A DNA stretch of 64,000 nt from Candidatus Eiseniibacteriota bacterium (GTDB lineage Bacteria > Eisenbacteria > RBG-16-71-46), in contig CAVUWA010000002.1 in the NCBI GenBank assembly GCA_963744995.1, positions 736,001-800,000 on the forward strand, written 5' to 3'. Position 1 is the first letter of the stretch. The number at the start of each line of letters is the position of its first letter. The position numbers and the translations under genes are program-made. The notes below the pieces were generated by a model, which saw nothing but the letters and a program-made list of their open reading frames with translations, had not been told where the DNA came from and did not search any database. Positions 54,053 through 63,258 of the stretch are shown here, one piece after another.

Positions 54053-54496
54053 ATGACCGCAGACGAGCGCAACGAGGCGGATGCTGCAGTCCGAGCGTCG
54101 CCGGCCGGGTCACCACCGGCCGGGACGGTGACGCCCGAGGAGCAGGAACGCATCTACCAGGCGGGCTTCGATGCTGCGATGGTCTGGCAACTCGGCCTGT
54201 GGCTGCCCGCGGCGGTGGTGGTGACGTTCCTTCCACTCGTCGGGATCGTCGGTCTCGTGGGGTACTTCCTGCTGCTGGTCGCGGTGCCCGGGATGGCCCT
54301 GCGCTGGCGTCTCAAGTACGGCCGACTGAGCCCCCGGGATCCGGACATCCTGGATGCCAGGGACAAGGTGCTCCGCGCCACCGTGCTCTGGGCGATCTTC
54401 GGCGTCCTGACGGTGTTCTTCGTCATTGTCTACGTGGGTCTCCTGCTCCATTCGTACCCTCCGGGCGGCCCGGCTTCCGGACACGGGATGGACTAG
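54053..54496 (+). CDS. Hypothetical membrane protein
   Basis: Three hydrophobic segments; no recognised motif. Confidence 0.65.
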   Translation: MTADERNEADAAVRASPAGSPPAGTVTPEEQERIYQAGFDAAMVWQLGLWLPAAVVVTFLPLVGIVGLVGYFLLLVAVPGMALRWRLKYGRLSPRDPDILDARDKVLRATVLWAIFGVLTVFFVIVYVGLLLHSYPPGGPASGHGMD

Positions 54497-54588
54497 GCGT
54501 GAAGCTCGGGCCGGCGACGGGCCGGGCCGCGCGGCGATCCGATTCGATCATGCGCGGCCACGGGCACGACGCCCGTGAAGGAGGGCTC

Positions 54589-55125
54589 GTGGTGACCGAA
54601 GATGGCGTGATTCCGAACGGAATCATGCGGCGGATCCTCTCCGGGTACCGTCTTCCCGTGATGGGCATCCATGGCGTGCCGCACTGGGGACGGGTGCTGG
54701 AGAACGGGGCGCGGCTCGCGGCACGCACGGGCGCCGACGCGGCCGTGGTGAGCCTGTTTTCGGTCTTTCACGATGCCCGGCGCCGGAGCGAGGGGCACGA
54801 TCCCGAACACGGACGTCGCGGCGCCGCACTGGCGAGCCAGCTCGCGCCCCTGCTGGGCCTGACGGATCCGCAGCTCGAGCAGCTCGTGCACGCCTGTGCC
54901 CACCACGCCGACGGCACCACGCAGGGCGACGCGACGGTGCAGACCTGCTGGGATGCAGATCGGCTGGACCTGTGGCGGGTCGGCATCACGCCCGGGGCCC
55001 GGTGGCTGTGCACCGACGCCGCGCGCGACGCGGCGATGCTCGAGTGGGCCCGGGTCCGGAGCATCGGCGATCACTTCCCCGGATGCGCGGCGGCGTGGCT
55101 GCAGGAGATCCACCCGGCCGAGTGA
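54589..55125 (+). CDS. HD-domain metal-dependent phosphohydrolase
   Basis: HGVPHW.RV, FHDARR, HGRRGA, HH, CWDADRLDL; SD AAGGAG. Confidence 0.85.
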   Translation: MVTEDGVIPNGIMRRILSGYRLPVMGIHGVPHWGRVLENGARLAARTGADAAVVSLFSVFHDARRRSEGHDPEHGRRGAALASQLAPLLGLTDPQLEQLVHACAHHADGTTQGDATVQTCWDADRLDLWRVGITPGARWLCTDAARDAAMLEWARVRSIGDHFPGCAAAWLQEIHPAE

Positions 55126-55177
55126 TCACGCTGCACGATCGGGGTCGGGGCGGTTCGTGGCGCCGGGCGCCTGGCGA

Positions 55178-56506
55178 TCAGTGCGTCGAGGGGGGCGGCG
55201 CGCCGGACGTCGCCGCGGCGCGCGTCGCGTCGTCGAGCACTGCGGGGAGGTCGATGCGCTGTGCGCCGTCGAGCCGGGCGAGGGCGTCGTCGAAGAACCC
55301 CTGCTTCATCAGATGTTCGTCTAGGAACGCCCGGATGGTGTCGCAGATGAGCCGGTGCGCATGCGCCTCCTCGGCGGACGCGCCGCCCGGATTCAGGAAG
55401 CAGGCGTCGGTGATGCTCCCGGGGCGCGTGCCGGCGAGCCGCACGATGCGCGGATCACGGAACGCGTCGAGGTGGCGGCGTGCGAACGCGGTGTGATCGC
55501 CGCGCGGGCTGCCCTCGGAGAGCAGCACGAGCAGCGGCTTGTCGCATGGCGCCGCCGGGCTGCCGACGGCAGACAGACCGGAACGCGTCCAGCCGTAACC
55601 GTCGAGCGAGATCGCGGCGCTGAAGAAACGGTAGGTGTACGCGCTGCGCACGGCGGCCATGCCGCCCATCGTGTGGCCGGCGACCGCGATGCGGGTGAGA
55701 TCCATCTCGCGGGCGAGACGCCGCACGTTGACGCGGCGGTCTCCGGCCATACGGGGCAGCATCCGCGCGACGAACGCCTGGTCGTCGGCCATCGTGGCGA
55801 TGCCCTCCTGCACGCGTTCGTCCATCCGGTCGGCGTCGAGCCCCATCATGCCCGGCATGCTCTCCGAGAAATCGACCGTGCCGCCGTCGTCGAACGCGAC
55901 GCCCGGACCCCAGTGCGGGTGGTCGATCATGCCGACCACGTAGCCGTGGCTCGCCAGCTCTTCGGCGAGCGCGGTATAGAGGATGCGCGAGCTGTTCATG
56001 CCGTGCGAGAACAGCACGACCGGATGCGAGGAGTCGGCGGCCGCGGCGGCGACTTCGAGCGCCGCGTGGGTCGGCATCGTCGGGAACGGCCGCGACCAGT
56101 AGCGGTCGAGGCTCGAGCGCAACTGCGGATAACGCAGCACGTAGGGCGCCGGCACGCGCAGCGGCATCGCTTCGGCCGGGTACCAGAACTGCACGACCAG
56201 ACGGCGGCGGTCGTTCGGATCCTCCGTCCACGTTTCCTCGCGCTCGGAGTCGGTCCAGTCCATCACCAGCGTGCCGATCGTCCACGGGCCGTCGGGTGCG
56301 GGAAGGCTCGGCACCGAGGTGAGCCGGGTGGCGGCCGGAGCCGGAGTTGCATCCCGGGAAGTCGTCGCATGCGCCGGGTCCGCGGGAGCGAGGGTGGGGT
56401 GTGCACAGAGCAGCGCCAGCGCCAGCATCGCGGCCCGAAGGCACGGACACACGGCGCGCGGATCGAGGGGGCGGCCGTCCATCCGGAACTTTGGAGCGTT
56501 GCGCAT
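55178..56506 (-). CDS. Secreted PAF-acetylhydrolase-like alpha/beta fold protein, catalytic residues altered
   Basis: PAPDGPWTIG, RRLVVQFWYPA, VLFSHG, EELASHGYVV..IDHP, GHTMGG; start uncertain (56506, 56482 or 56428). Confidence 0.8.
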   Translation of the reverse strand: MRNAPKFRMDGRPLDPRAVCPCLRAAMLALALLCAHPTLAPADPAHATTSRDATPAPAATRLTSVPSLPAPDGPWTIGTLVMDWTDSEREETWTEDPNDRRRLVVQFWYPAEAMPLRVPAPYVLRYPQLRSSLDRYWSRPFPTMPTHAALEVAAAAADSSHPVVLFSHGMNSSRILYTALAEELASHGYVVGMIDHPHWGPGVAFDDGGTVDFSESMPGMMGLDADRMDERVQEGIATMADDQAFVARMLPRMAGDRRVNVRRLAREMDLTRIAVAGHTMGGMAAVRSAYTYRFFSAAISLDGYGWTRSGLSAVGSPAAPCDKPLLVLLSEGSPRGDHTAFARRHLDAFRDPRIVRLAGTRPGSITDACFLNPGGASAEEAHAHRLICDTIRAFLDEHLMKQGFFDDALARLDGAQRIDLPAVLDDATRAAATSGAPPPSTH

Positions 56507-56594
56507 CGACGAAAAGGGTACCGGCAACCGGCGCGGTGGAGCAACGGCGCTCTCGTGGCGGTGGCGGTCCGGGCCCCGGACGGCGCGGCGCCGG

Positions 56595-56942
56595 TCAGAA
56601 CAGGTCGTCGAACGGGTCCTTTGCCCCACGCGGCTTCCAGCCGTAGCGGTCGAGCGCGATCCGGCCGCCCTGATCGAAGCGCACGCCCTCGGCTTCGAGC
56701 AGGCGCCGCTGGCGAATCTCGTCGTCGGGATCGGCGCGGCGGCTGATCGCCCCCTTCGCGTTCACGATCCGCTGCCAGGGAATGCGGAGGCCCTTCGGGG
56801 TCGAGTTGAGCGCGTAGCCGACCCTTCTGGCGGCGCCCGGAATCCCCGCGAGCGTCGCGATCTGCCCGTAGGTGGCGACGCGCCCCCGTGGCACGCGTTT
56901 CACAACCGCGTAGATCCTGGCGTACGTTTCCGAAACCTGCAT
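56595..56942 (-). CDS. Alkyltransferase-like (ATL/YbaZ-type) DNA-damage-binding protein
   Basis: VPRGRVATYGQIA, ARRVG, IPWQRIV (Trp in place of the MGMT Cys), LEAEGV. Confidence 0.9.
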   Translation of the reverse strand: MQVSETYARIYAVVKRVPRGRVATYGQIATLAGIPGAARRVGYALNSTPKGLRIPWQRIVNAKGAISRRADPDDEIRQRRLLEAEGVRFDQGGRIALDRYGWKPRGAKDPFDDLF

Positions 56943-57039
56943 GGCGTCACTCTGCCGCCGCGAATCCGGAATCGCAACCGGAGCGGCGCCGGAGTTGCGC
57001 CCGTTGGACGTTCCTTCAACGATCCGGAGTCCATCCATC

Positions 57040-58068
57040 ATGGAATATCGTCCGCTCGGCCGTTCCGGCCTGAAAGTCTCCGCAGTGTCCCTGGGCTCGT
57101 GGACCACCTTCGGTGGCTACGTCGACGAAGGCGACTCGGTCGCGATCGTGCGACGCGCATTCGAGCTCGGCGTCAACCTGTTCGATACCGCCGACGTCTA
57201 CGTGCGCGGCGGCGCGGAAGCGGTGCTCGGTCGTGCGCTGGAGGGCCTGCCGCGCGAGCAGATCGTGATCGCGACCAAGGTGATGGGCCGCGTGTGGGAC
57301 GGGCCGCTGGGAGCGGGCCTGTCGCGCAAGCACATCTTCGACGCGATGGACCAGAGCCTCAGGCGCCTCAAGGTGGACTACGTGGACCTCTACCAGGCCC
57401 ACGCGCCCGACAAGGACACCCCGATCGAGGAGACGCTCGAGGCGTTCGAGGATCTGGTGCGGATGGGCAAGGCGCGCTACGTCGGGTTCTCGAACTTCGA
57501 TCACCAGCCGCCGCTCGCACGCCGTGCGGTCGCCTACCAGAAGCGCCGCGGCTGGTCGACGTTCATTTCGAGCCAGCCGCGGCTCAACATGCTCGACCGC
57601 CACGTCGAGAAGGAGCACGTCGCGTTCTGTCGCACGAACGGCATCGGCATGATCGTCTACTCGCCGCTCGCGCAGGGCGTGCTCACGAACAAGTACGCCG
57701 GTGGCGAAATCCCCGAAGGCAGCCGCGCGACCACGCAGTTCAAGCACTTCGTGCTCGACAACGACAACGCGATCACGCCCGGCAACATCGCCGCCGCCGA
57801 ACGTCTCGACGTCTGGGCGAAGCAGAAAGGTCTCGCCGGCGCCGCCGAGGCCGCGCTTGCCTGGGTGCTGAGCCGCCCGCAGCTGTCGAGCGCGATCGTC
57901 GGCGCGACCCGCATGGAACAGCTCGAGGCGAACGTGAAGGCCGCCGAGGTGAAGCTGTCCGCGGCGGAATGGAAGGAGGCCGAACAGGCGGTGCGCGGTC
58001 CGGTCGCGGCGAAGCAGAAGTCGGCCTCGAAGAAGGCGGCCAAGAAGAAGGGAGGACGCGGGCGCTGA
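57040..58068 (+). CDS. Aldo/keto reductase with short basic tail
   Basis: YRPLGRSGLKVS, FDTADVY, IATK, DYVDLYQAH, GKARYVGFSN, YSPLAQG, IVGAT. Confidence 0.95.
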   Translation: MEYRPLGRSGLKVSAVSLGSWTTFGGYVDEGDSVAIVRRAFELGVNLFDTADVYVRGGAEAVLGRALEGLPREQIVIATKVMGRVWDGPLGAGLSRKHIFDAMDQSLRRLKVDYVDLYQAHAPDKDTPIEETLEAFEDLVRMGKARYVGFSNFDHQPPLARRAVAYQKRRGWSTFISSQPRLNMLDRHVEKEHVAFCRTNGIGMIVYSPLAQGVLTNKYAGGEIPEGSRATTQFKHFVLDNDNAITPGNIAAAERLDVWAKQKGLAGAAEAALAWVLSRPQLSSAIVGATRMEQLEANVKAAEVKLSAAEWKEAEQAVRGPVAAKQKSASKKAAKKKGGRGR

Positions 58069-58134
58069 GGCGATCGCGCCGGCTCCCTCGCGCAAGAGGC
58101 CGGGGCCGCGCCCGCCCGCCGGGCCCGCCGGGAC

Positions 58135-58620
58135 ATGCATTCGACTCGAATCGTCCGCCGTATCCGCGCGCCACGCGAAGCCGTTTACCGCGCGATCCTG
58201 GACCGGGACGCGGTGGCGAGGTGGAAGGTGCCCGACGGCATGACCTGTGACGTGCTTGCGTTCGATGCGAGGGCAGGCGGGGCGTTCCGGGTGTCGCTGC
58301 GCTACGATGCGCCGACCGCGGCCGGAAAGACCTCCGCCGGCACCGACACTTATCACGGCCGCTTCGTCGAGCTCGTTCCGAACGAGCGGGTCGTCGAGGT
58401 GGACGAGTTCGAGACGGACGATCCCGCCATGCAGGGCGCCATGACGATCACGATCACGCTGGCCGACGCGGAAGACGGCACCGAACTCGTGGCGATCCAC
58501 GACGGACTGCCGCGCGGCGTGCCGCCGCGCGACAACGAGGCCGGCTGGCGGATGGCGCTCGACCGACTCGCAGCGCTGGTCGAGACGCGGCCCGCCGGTC
58601 GCGGGGGAAACCAGCGATGA
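58135..58620 (+). CDS. SRPBCC/AHSA1 domain protein
   Basis: IRAPREAVY, FDARAGG, GRFVELVPNER, GWRMALDRL. Confidence 0.9.
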   Translation: MHSTRIVRRIRAPREAVYRAILDRDAVARWKVPDGMTCDVLAFDARAGGAFRVSLRYDAPTAAGKTSAGTDTYHGRFVELVPNERVVEVDEFETDDPAMQGAMTITITLADAEDGTELVAIHDGLPRGVPPRDNEAGWRMALDRLAALVETRPAGRGGNQR

Positions 58621-58838
58621 GCCTGGTCAACGCCGCCTGGCACGCGAAACATCCCATGCCGCGGCCCGCGACGCTCGACCAGCGGGTGCGGTGGCACGTC
58701 GCGCACACGCGCGCCTGTGGATGCAGGGAGATGCCTGCATCGATCGTGCGGGAGCTGCGGGCGAGAGGGATGACGGTGCCCGCGCGGCGGCGGCCCCGCG
58801 ACCCGAGGCGCCGGCGGGGTCCCGGAGCACCTGGATGA
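58617..58838 (+). CDS. Small His/Cys-motif hypothetical protein
   Basis: ATGA overlaps on both sides; WHAKHPMP...WHVAHTRACGCR. Confidence 0.7.
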   Translation: MSLVNAAWHAKHPMPRPATLDQRVRWHVAHTRACGCREMPASIVRELRARGMTVPARRRPRDPRRRRGPGAPG

Positions 58839-59521
58839 GGGACATCTCCCCTTCGGCCCGCTCGCTCGGCTTCTGGTCCGCGGTGCTCGCCACGGTCCTC
58901 AGCCTCACCTACGTGGTGGGACAGCTCGCGGAATGGATGGGCTGGCTGGGGTCCGCGGGCGGGCCCGAGAGCGCCAGCACGCCGCTCGGCATCGTGGTGC
59001 TGCTCACGCCTTCGCTGCTGCTCGGTTCGGCGTTCCTGGTGCTCATGGTCTGCGTTCACGAGCTCGCATCGCCCGCCCGCCGGGTCTGGAGCCGGGCCGC
59101 CGTGGGGTTCGCGATCGCCTATGCCGTGCTGGTCAGCATGAACTACTACGTGCAGCTCACGTTCGTCGCGCCGCACATGATCGCCGGCCGGACGCAGGGG
59201 ATCGAGCCGTTTCTGTTCACGCCGTTCGACTCGTTCATGTACTCCGCGGACATCCTCGGATACAGCTTCATGAGCGTGGCTACGCTCTTCGCCGCGCGCG
59301 TGTTCCCGGGTGACGGTCTGCAGCGCGTGGTGCGCCTGTTCCTGACGGCCAACGGCCTGCTGCTGCCGTTCCTCCTGTTGCAGATCAACTTCCACGGGTT
59401 GATCTGGATCGCATCGCTGTGGGCGATCACGTTCCCGGGCGCGACATGGGCGCTGGCGATCCTGTTCCGGCGCGCGGGAACGGTCGTGGCCGGAACGAAG
59501 GCGTCCGATGGCGCCGCCTGA
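58835..59521 (+). CDS. Hypothetical membrane protein (about 6 TM)
   Basis: Hydrophobic helices, YAVLVSMNYYVQL, DILGYSFMS; coupled to neighbours. Confidence 0.8.
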   Translation: MRDISPSARSLGFWSAVLATVLSLTYVVGQLAEWMGWLGSAGGPESASTPLGIVVLLTPSLLLGSAFLVLMVCVHELASPARRVWSRAAVGFAIAYAVLVSMNYYVQLTFVAPHMIAGRTQGIEPFLFTPFDSFMYSADILGYSFMSVATLFAARVFPGDGLQRVVRLFLTANGLLLPFLLLQINFHGLIWIASLWAITFPGATWALAILFRRAGTVVAGTKASDGAA

Positions 59522-59951
59522 CCGTTTCGACCTCGACCGCTTCGTGAAGGCGCAGGAAGGGGTCTACGCCGAGGCGCTTCACGAGATCCGGCAGGGCCGC
59601 AAACGGTCGCACTGGATGTGGTTCGTGTTTCCGCAGATCGAAGGGCTCGGGATGAGCGCCACCTCCAGGCGCTACGCGATCCATGATCTGGAGGAGGCCA
59701 CCGAGTACCTCGCGCATCCGTTGCTCGGGCCGCGTCTCGGGGCGTGCGCCGAGGCGGCGCTGGCCGTGGAGGGGCGTTCGGCCCGCGAGATCTTCGGCAT
59801 GCCGGACGACATGAAGCTGCGCTCGTGTGCGACCCTGTTCGCGCAGGTCACCGAGCCGGACTCCGTGTTCCATCGCCTGCTCGATCGGTTCTTCGCGGGT
59901 GAACCCGATCCCCGGACACTGGAGCTGCTCGGCATCGGGAGGAAACCATGA
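59508..59951 (+). CDS. DUF1810 family protein
   Basis: DLDRFVKAQ, GRKRSHWMWFVFPQ, YLAHPLLGPRL, DDMKLRSCATLF. Confidence 0.9.
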   Translation: MAPPDRFDLDRFVKAQEGVYAEALHEIRQGRKRSHWMWFVFPQIEGLGMSATSRRYAIHDLEEATEYLAHPLLGPRLGACAEAALAVEGRSAREIFGMPDDMKLRSCATLFAQVTEPDSVFHRLLDRFFAGEPDPRTLELLGIGRKP

Positions 59952-60012
59952 CGGACACGAATGCGGTGCAGGGGAGCGGGCGACTCCGGGCCCCGGGTCT
60001 CGGGCTGCGCCG

Positions 60013-60444
60013 ATGAAGACGCTCTCGCTCGTCGGGGCCATTCTGATGGTCGTGGGCCTCGTGACGCTGTGGATACGCCGCGAGCTGATCTCGGGGGCGC
60101 CCACCGTGATCGCGCTGCAGATCGCGGCGGCGGCGCTGATGCTCTGGGCGCGCGTCACGTTCGGGATGCGCAGTTTCCACGCGGCGGCGGATCCGACGGA
60201 AGGGGGGCTCGTCCGCTCCGGGCCGTACCGCTACGTCCGTCACCCGATCTATACGTCGGTGTGCCTGTTCACGTGGGCCGGCGTCGCAGCCCATGCATCA
60301 CCGGTTTCGATCGCGCTCGGCATGGTGACGACGGCCGGCGCGGTGATGCGCATGCTCGTCGAGGAGCGGCTGCTGATCGGGCGCTACCCGGAATACGTGG
60401 CGTACGCGCGGGACACGAAGCGCATGATCCCGTTCGTCTACTAG
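60013..60444 (+). CDS. ICMT/PEMT family membrane methyltransferase
   Basis: LVRSGPYRYVRHPIY, EERLL, Y..Y...TKRMIPF. Confidence 0.88.
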   Translation: MKTLSLVGAILMVVGLVTLWIRRELISGAPTVIALQIAAAALMLWARVTFGMRSFHAAADPTEGGLVRSGPYRYVRHPIYTSVCLFTWAGVAAHASPVSIALGMVTTAGAVMRMLVEERLLIGRYPEYVAYARDTKRMIPFVY

Positions 60445-60612
60445 GCGGCACCGGGCGCATCCGTCCGTGGAACCGGTCGTCGCGTCGCGTGTGCGGCCGC
60501 GGCGCCGCGGGTCACAGGATCCGAAGGCGAGCGTAGAAGCGACGATGATGCCATTCTCACCGGGGCATGACCCGCCGGCGTCGCCCCGCCCCGACCGCCC
60601 GGAACCACGGAC

Positions 60613-62028
60613 ATGAGCCTGACCGCGCTGCTGTGGCCGATCCTCCTTTTGTACGGCGCCCTCATGCTGCGTATCGCTCCGCTCGCGCACACGGCGGAGA
60701 CGTTCTTCCGCGGGCGTTCGCGCGAGGGGCGCGAGGTCGGCACCGGCATGCTGATCGCCACGGTGGTGATCTCGTGGATCTTCGCGAAGTCGATCACCAA
60801 CGCCGCCGACCTCGGTGCCGCGCACGGTCTGGTCGGGGCCGTCGCCTACGCCGGCTGGTATCTGTCGATTCCCGTGGCCGGTGTCGTGATCTACCTGATC
60901 CGCACCCGTCTGGGCGCGGCGAGCCTTTCCGGATTCCTGATCTCGCGCTACGGCCGTGCGGCGGCCGGCGCGTTCCTGTTCGCGATCATGATCCGCCTGA
61001 TGAACGAGGTCTGGTCGAACACGGCGGTGGTCGGCTCCTACTTCGGCGCGACCGGTTCGGCTTCCTACTTCGCCGGGGCGCTGGCGTTCACGGCGATCAC
61101 GCTCGCCTACGGCCTGCGCGGCGGGCTGCGTGGTTCGATCGTTACCGACCTGCTGCAGTTCGGGCTCGGCGTCTTCCTGCTGGTGTTCGTGCTCGCGCTG
61201 CTGGTACCGCGCGCCGGGGCCGCGCCGCTCCTCACCTCGGGCTCGTGGACACTCGCGGGTGGCGTGGATCTGCTGATCGTCGCGCTGTTGCAGTCGTTCA
61301 GCTATCCGTTCCACGATCCGGTGCTGACCGACCGCGCGTTCATCACCAGGCCCGGCCCGATGCTGCGCGGCTATCTCGCGGCCGGGGTCGTGGCCGCCGG
61401 GTTCATCGCGTTGTTCGGGCTCACCGGCGTCTACGCCCGGATCACCGGCATCGAGGCGGGGCAGGACGTCCCGCTGCGCGTGTCGCACGCGTTCGGCATC
61501 GCGATGACCACCGTGATGACCGTGCTGATGATGGTCTCCGCCGGCTCGACGCTCGACTCCACCTTCAGCTCGGTCGCGCGCGCGTGGGTGTACGACGTCG
61601 GGCGCGGACGCGGCACGGCGGCGCCGGCGGACGCGGGCGCGCCGATCCGCGCCGGCCGCCGGGCGATGGTCGCGGCCGCCCTGATCGGTTCCGTGCCGCT
61701 GTTCATGGGGGCCAGGATCATCCAGGCCACCACCGTGAGCGGCACGATGGTGCTCGGTCTCGCGCCGCCGTTCCTGCTGTTCGGCTGGCGCCGCGCGCGC
61801 TCACTCGCGTTTCACCTGGGCTTCTGGCCGGGGGTGGCCGTGGGGCTCCTGCACGTGCTCGGCCGCCTGCCGGCATCGTGGGCGATCGGCGACGGGCGCT
61901 ACGCCATGCTGCTCGGCGCCAACGTCGCGGGCACCGCGCTCTGTTTCAGCGGCTTCGCGCTCGGCGCGTTCCTGCAGCGGAGCGCGCGCACCGGTGACGG
62001 AGGATCCGGAAGGGGCGGATTTCGGTAG
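60613..62028 (+). CDS. Sodium:solute symporter family protein
   Basis: FFRG, SWIFAKS, RYG, Y...GGLRGSIVTD..Q, SAGSTLDS; about 13 TMs. Confidence 0.85.
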   Translation: MSLTALLWPILLLYGALMLRIAPLAHTAETFFRGRSREGREVGTGMLIATVVISWIFAKSITNAADLGAAHGLVGAVAYAGWYLSIPVAGVVIYLIRTRLGAASLSGFLISRYGRAAAGAFLFAIMIRLMNEVWSNTAVVGSYFGATGSASYFAGALAFTAITLAYGLRGGLRGSIVTDLLQFGLGVFLLVFVLALLVPRAGAAPLLTSGSWTLAGGVDLLIVALLQSFSYPFHDPVLTDRAFITRPGPMLRGYLAAGVVAAGFIALFGLTGVYARITGIEAGQDVPLRVSHAFGIAMTTVMTVLMMVSAGSTLDSTFSSVARAWVYDVGRGRGTAAPADAGAPIRAGRRAMVAAALIGSVPLFMGARIIQATTVSGTMVLGLAPPFLLFGWRRARSLAFHLGFWPGVAVGLLHVLGRLPASWAIGDGRYAMLLGANVAGTALCFSGFALGAFLQRSARTGDGGSGRGGFR

Positions 62029-62057
62029 ACTGTGCCCGGACCATGGAGGACATCGCG

Positions 62058-62273
62058 ATGCCCGTCGTGCGAATCGAGCATGCCGTCCCGCAGGCCTGCA
62101 CGTGCACGCTGTCCGCGGAGCGCGGCGCGGTCACCGCCGTACGGGTGATGGAGGCCGCACCCGGCGCCGGGCGCCGCCGGGCGATCGAGGCGTGGCGCGC
62201 CGCGATCCGGGCCGCGTTCCATCGGCATCGCCCGGCCGTCGCGGTCCTGCCGGCCGGGGCGGGAATCGAGTGA
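62058..62273 (+). CDS. Small hypothetical protein or gene remnant
   Basis: SD GGAGGA before ATG 62058; stop overlaps the GNAT start (GTGA). Confidence 0.35.
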   Translation: MPVVRIEHAVPQACTCTLSAERGAVTAVRVMEAAPGAGRRRAIEAWRAAIRAAFHRHRPAVAVLPAGAGIE

Positions 62274-62893
62274 CGCCTGCGTTCCATCCCGCCGGCGCCC
62301 CGGTTCCGGTCGGGATGCGAACGGAGCGCCTCCGGCTGCGGCCGCTGCGGGCCGCGGACGCCGAACGGGACTACGCGGCCGTCATGGCCAGTGCAGAGCA
62401 GCTGCGCCGCTGGAGTCAGAGTGAATGGCCCGCCGCCGGTTTCTCGCTCGAGGAGAATCGCAGCGATCTCGAGCGACACGAGCGGGAGCACGCCGCGCGG
62501 ACGGCGTTCACGTTCACGGTTCTCGATCCGGCCGGCACGACATGTCTCGGTTGCGTGTACATCGAAGCGGCGGGGCCGGAACTCGCTCCGCTGTTCGAGG
62601 ACGCCGCCCACGCGGCGGTGGTGGGATTCTGGGTCCGCACCTCCGAGATCCGGGGGGATCTCGATCGAGATCTGCTTGCGGCCCTGCGTCCATGGCTGTC
62701 CAGGGAGTGGAGGTTCGACCGCGTGGCCTGGGTGATCGTCCGTGCCGAGACGCGCCAGGCCGCCCTGCTCAAGGAGGCGGGGATGACCGAGCGCGCCGCG
62801 TTCAGGCGCGCGGAGGGCCGCGAGTGCCGGGTGTTCATGGAAGGCGGTGCGAAGCCGCGGCGTGACGTTTCCGGGAGGGGTTCCCCATCATGA
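62270..62893 (+). CDS. GNAT acetyltransferase, RimJ/RimL-like
   Basis: TERLRLRPL, DAERDYAAV, FTFTVLDP, LGCVYI, FWVR. Confidence 0.8.
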   Translation: MTPAFHPAGAPVPVGMRTERLRLRPLRAADAERDYAAVMASAEQLRRWSQSEWPAAGFSLEENRSDLERHEREHAARTAFTFTVLDPAGTTCLGCVYIEAAGPELAPLFEDAAHAAVVGFWVRTSEIRGDLDRDLLAALRPWLSREWRFDRVAWVIVRAETRQAALLKEAGMTERAAFRRAEGRECRVFMEGGAKPRRDVSGRGSPS

Positions 62894-63198
62894 GCGAGAT
62901 GGCGGCGATCGTCATCCACAGGGAGCGGCAGCTGGTCGCGCAGTTCCGGCGGGCGAACGCCACTTCCATGAGCCGCGCAACGACGCTCGACGCGCTCGGG
63001 ATCGCCGACCGCCTGGCGTTCCGGCGACTGCGCCGCCACGCGGTCATCCGCGAAGCCTCGCCCGGCACCTTCTACCTGGATGAGCCGAGCTGGGACGCGC
63101 TCGTCCAGGGGCGCCGCCGTCTGCTGCTGATCCTGCTGGTGGCGGGTCTGGCGCTCGGCGGCGCACTGGTGGCCGGCCGCATGGCGTGGCCCTCGTAG
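62890..63198 (+). CDS. Hypothetical protein with C-terminal membrane anchor
   Basis: ATGA overlap; FYLDE motif followed by RRR and a hydrophobic helix. Confidence 0.7.
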   Translation: MSEMAAIVIHRERQLVAQFRRANATSMSRATTLDALGIADRLAFRRLRRHAVIREASPGTFYLDEPSWDALVQGRRRLLLILLVAGLALGGALVAGRMAWPS

Positions 63199-63258
63199 CG
63201 GGGCGGCGGGTTCGCGCCCGCGCCTGCGGCGCTACCGGTCCGCACGGCGGGCTCGGAT

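Noticed and set aside
56595..56942. Inactivated ogt/MGMT pseudogene
   Set aside because: Trp in place of Cys is the normal signature of functional ATL proteins.
60515..60565. Glycine riboswitch (CCGAAGG and TTCTCA resemblance)
   Set aside because: Lacks the GGAGA and CTCTCAGG core elements; kept only as an unassigned structured leader.
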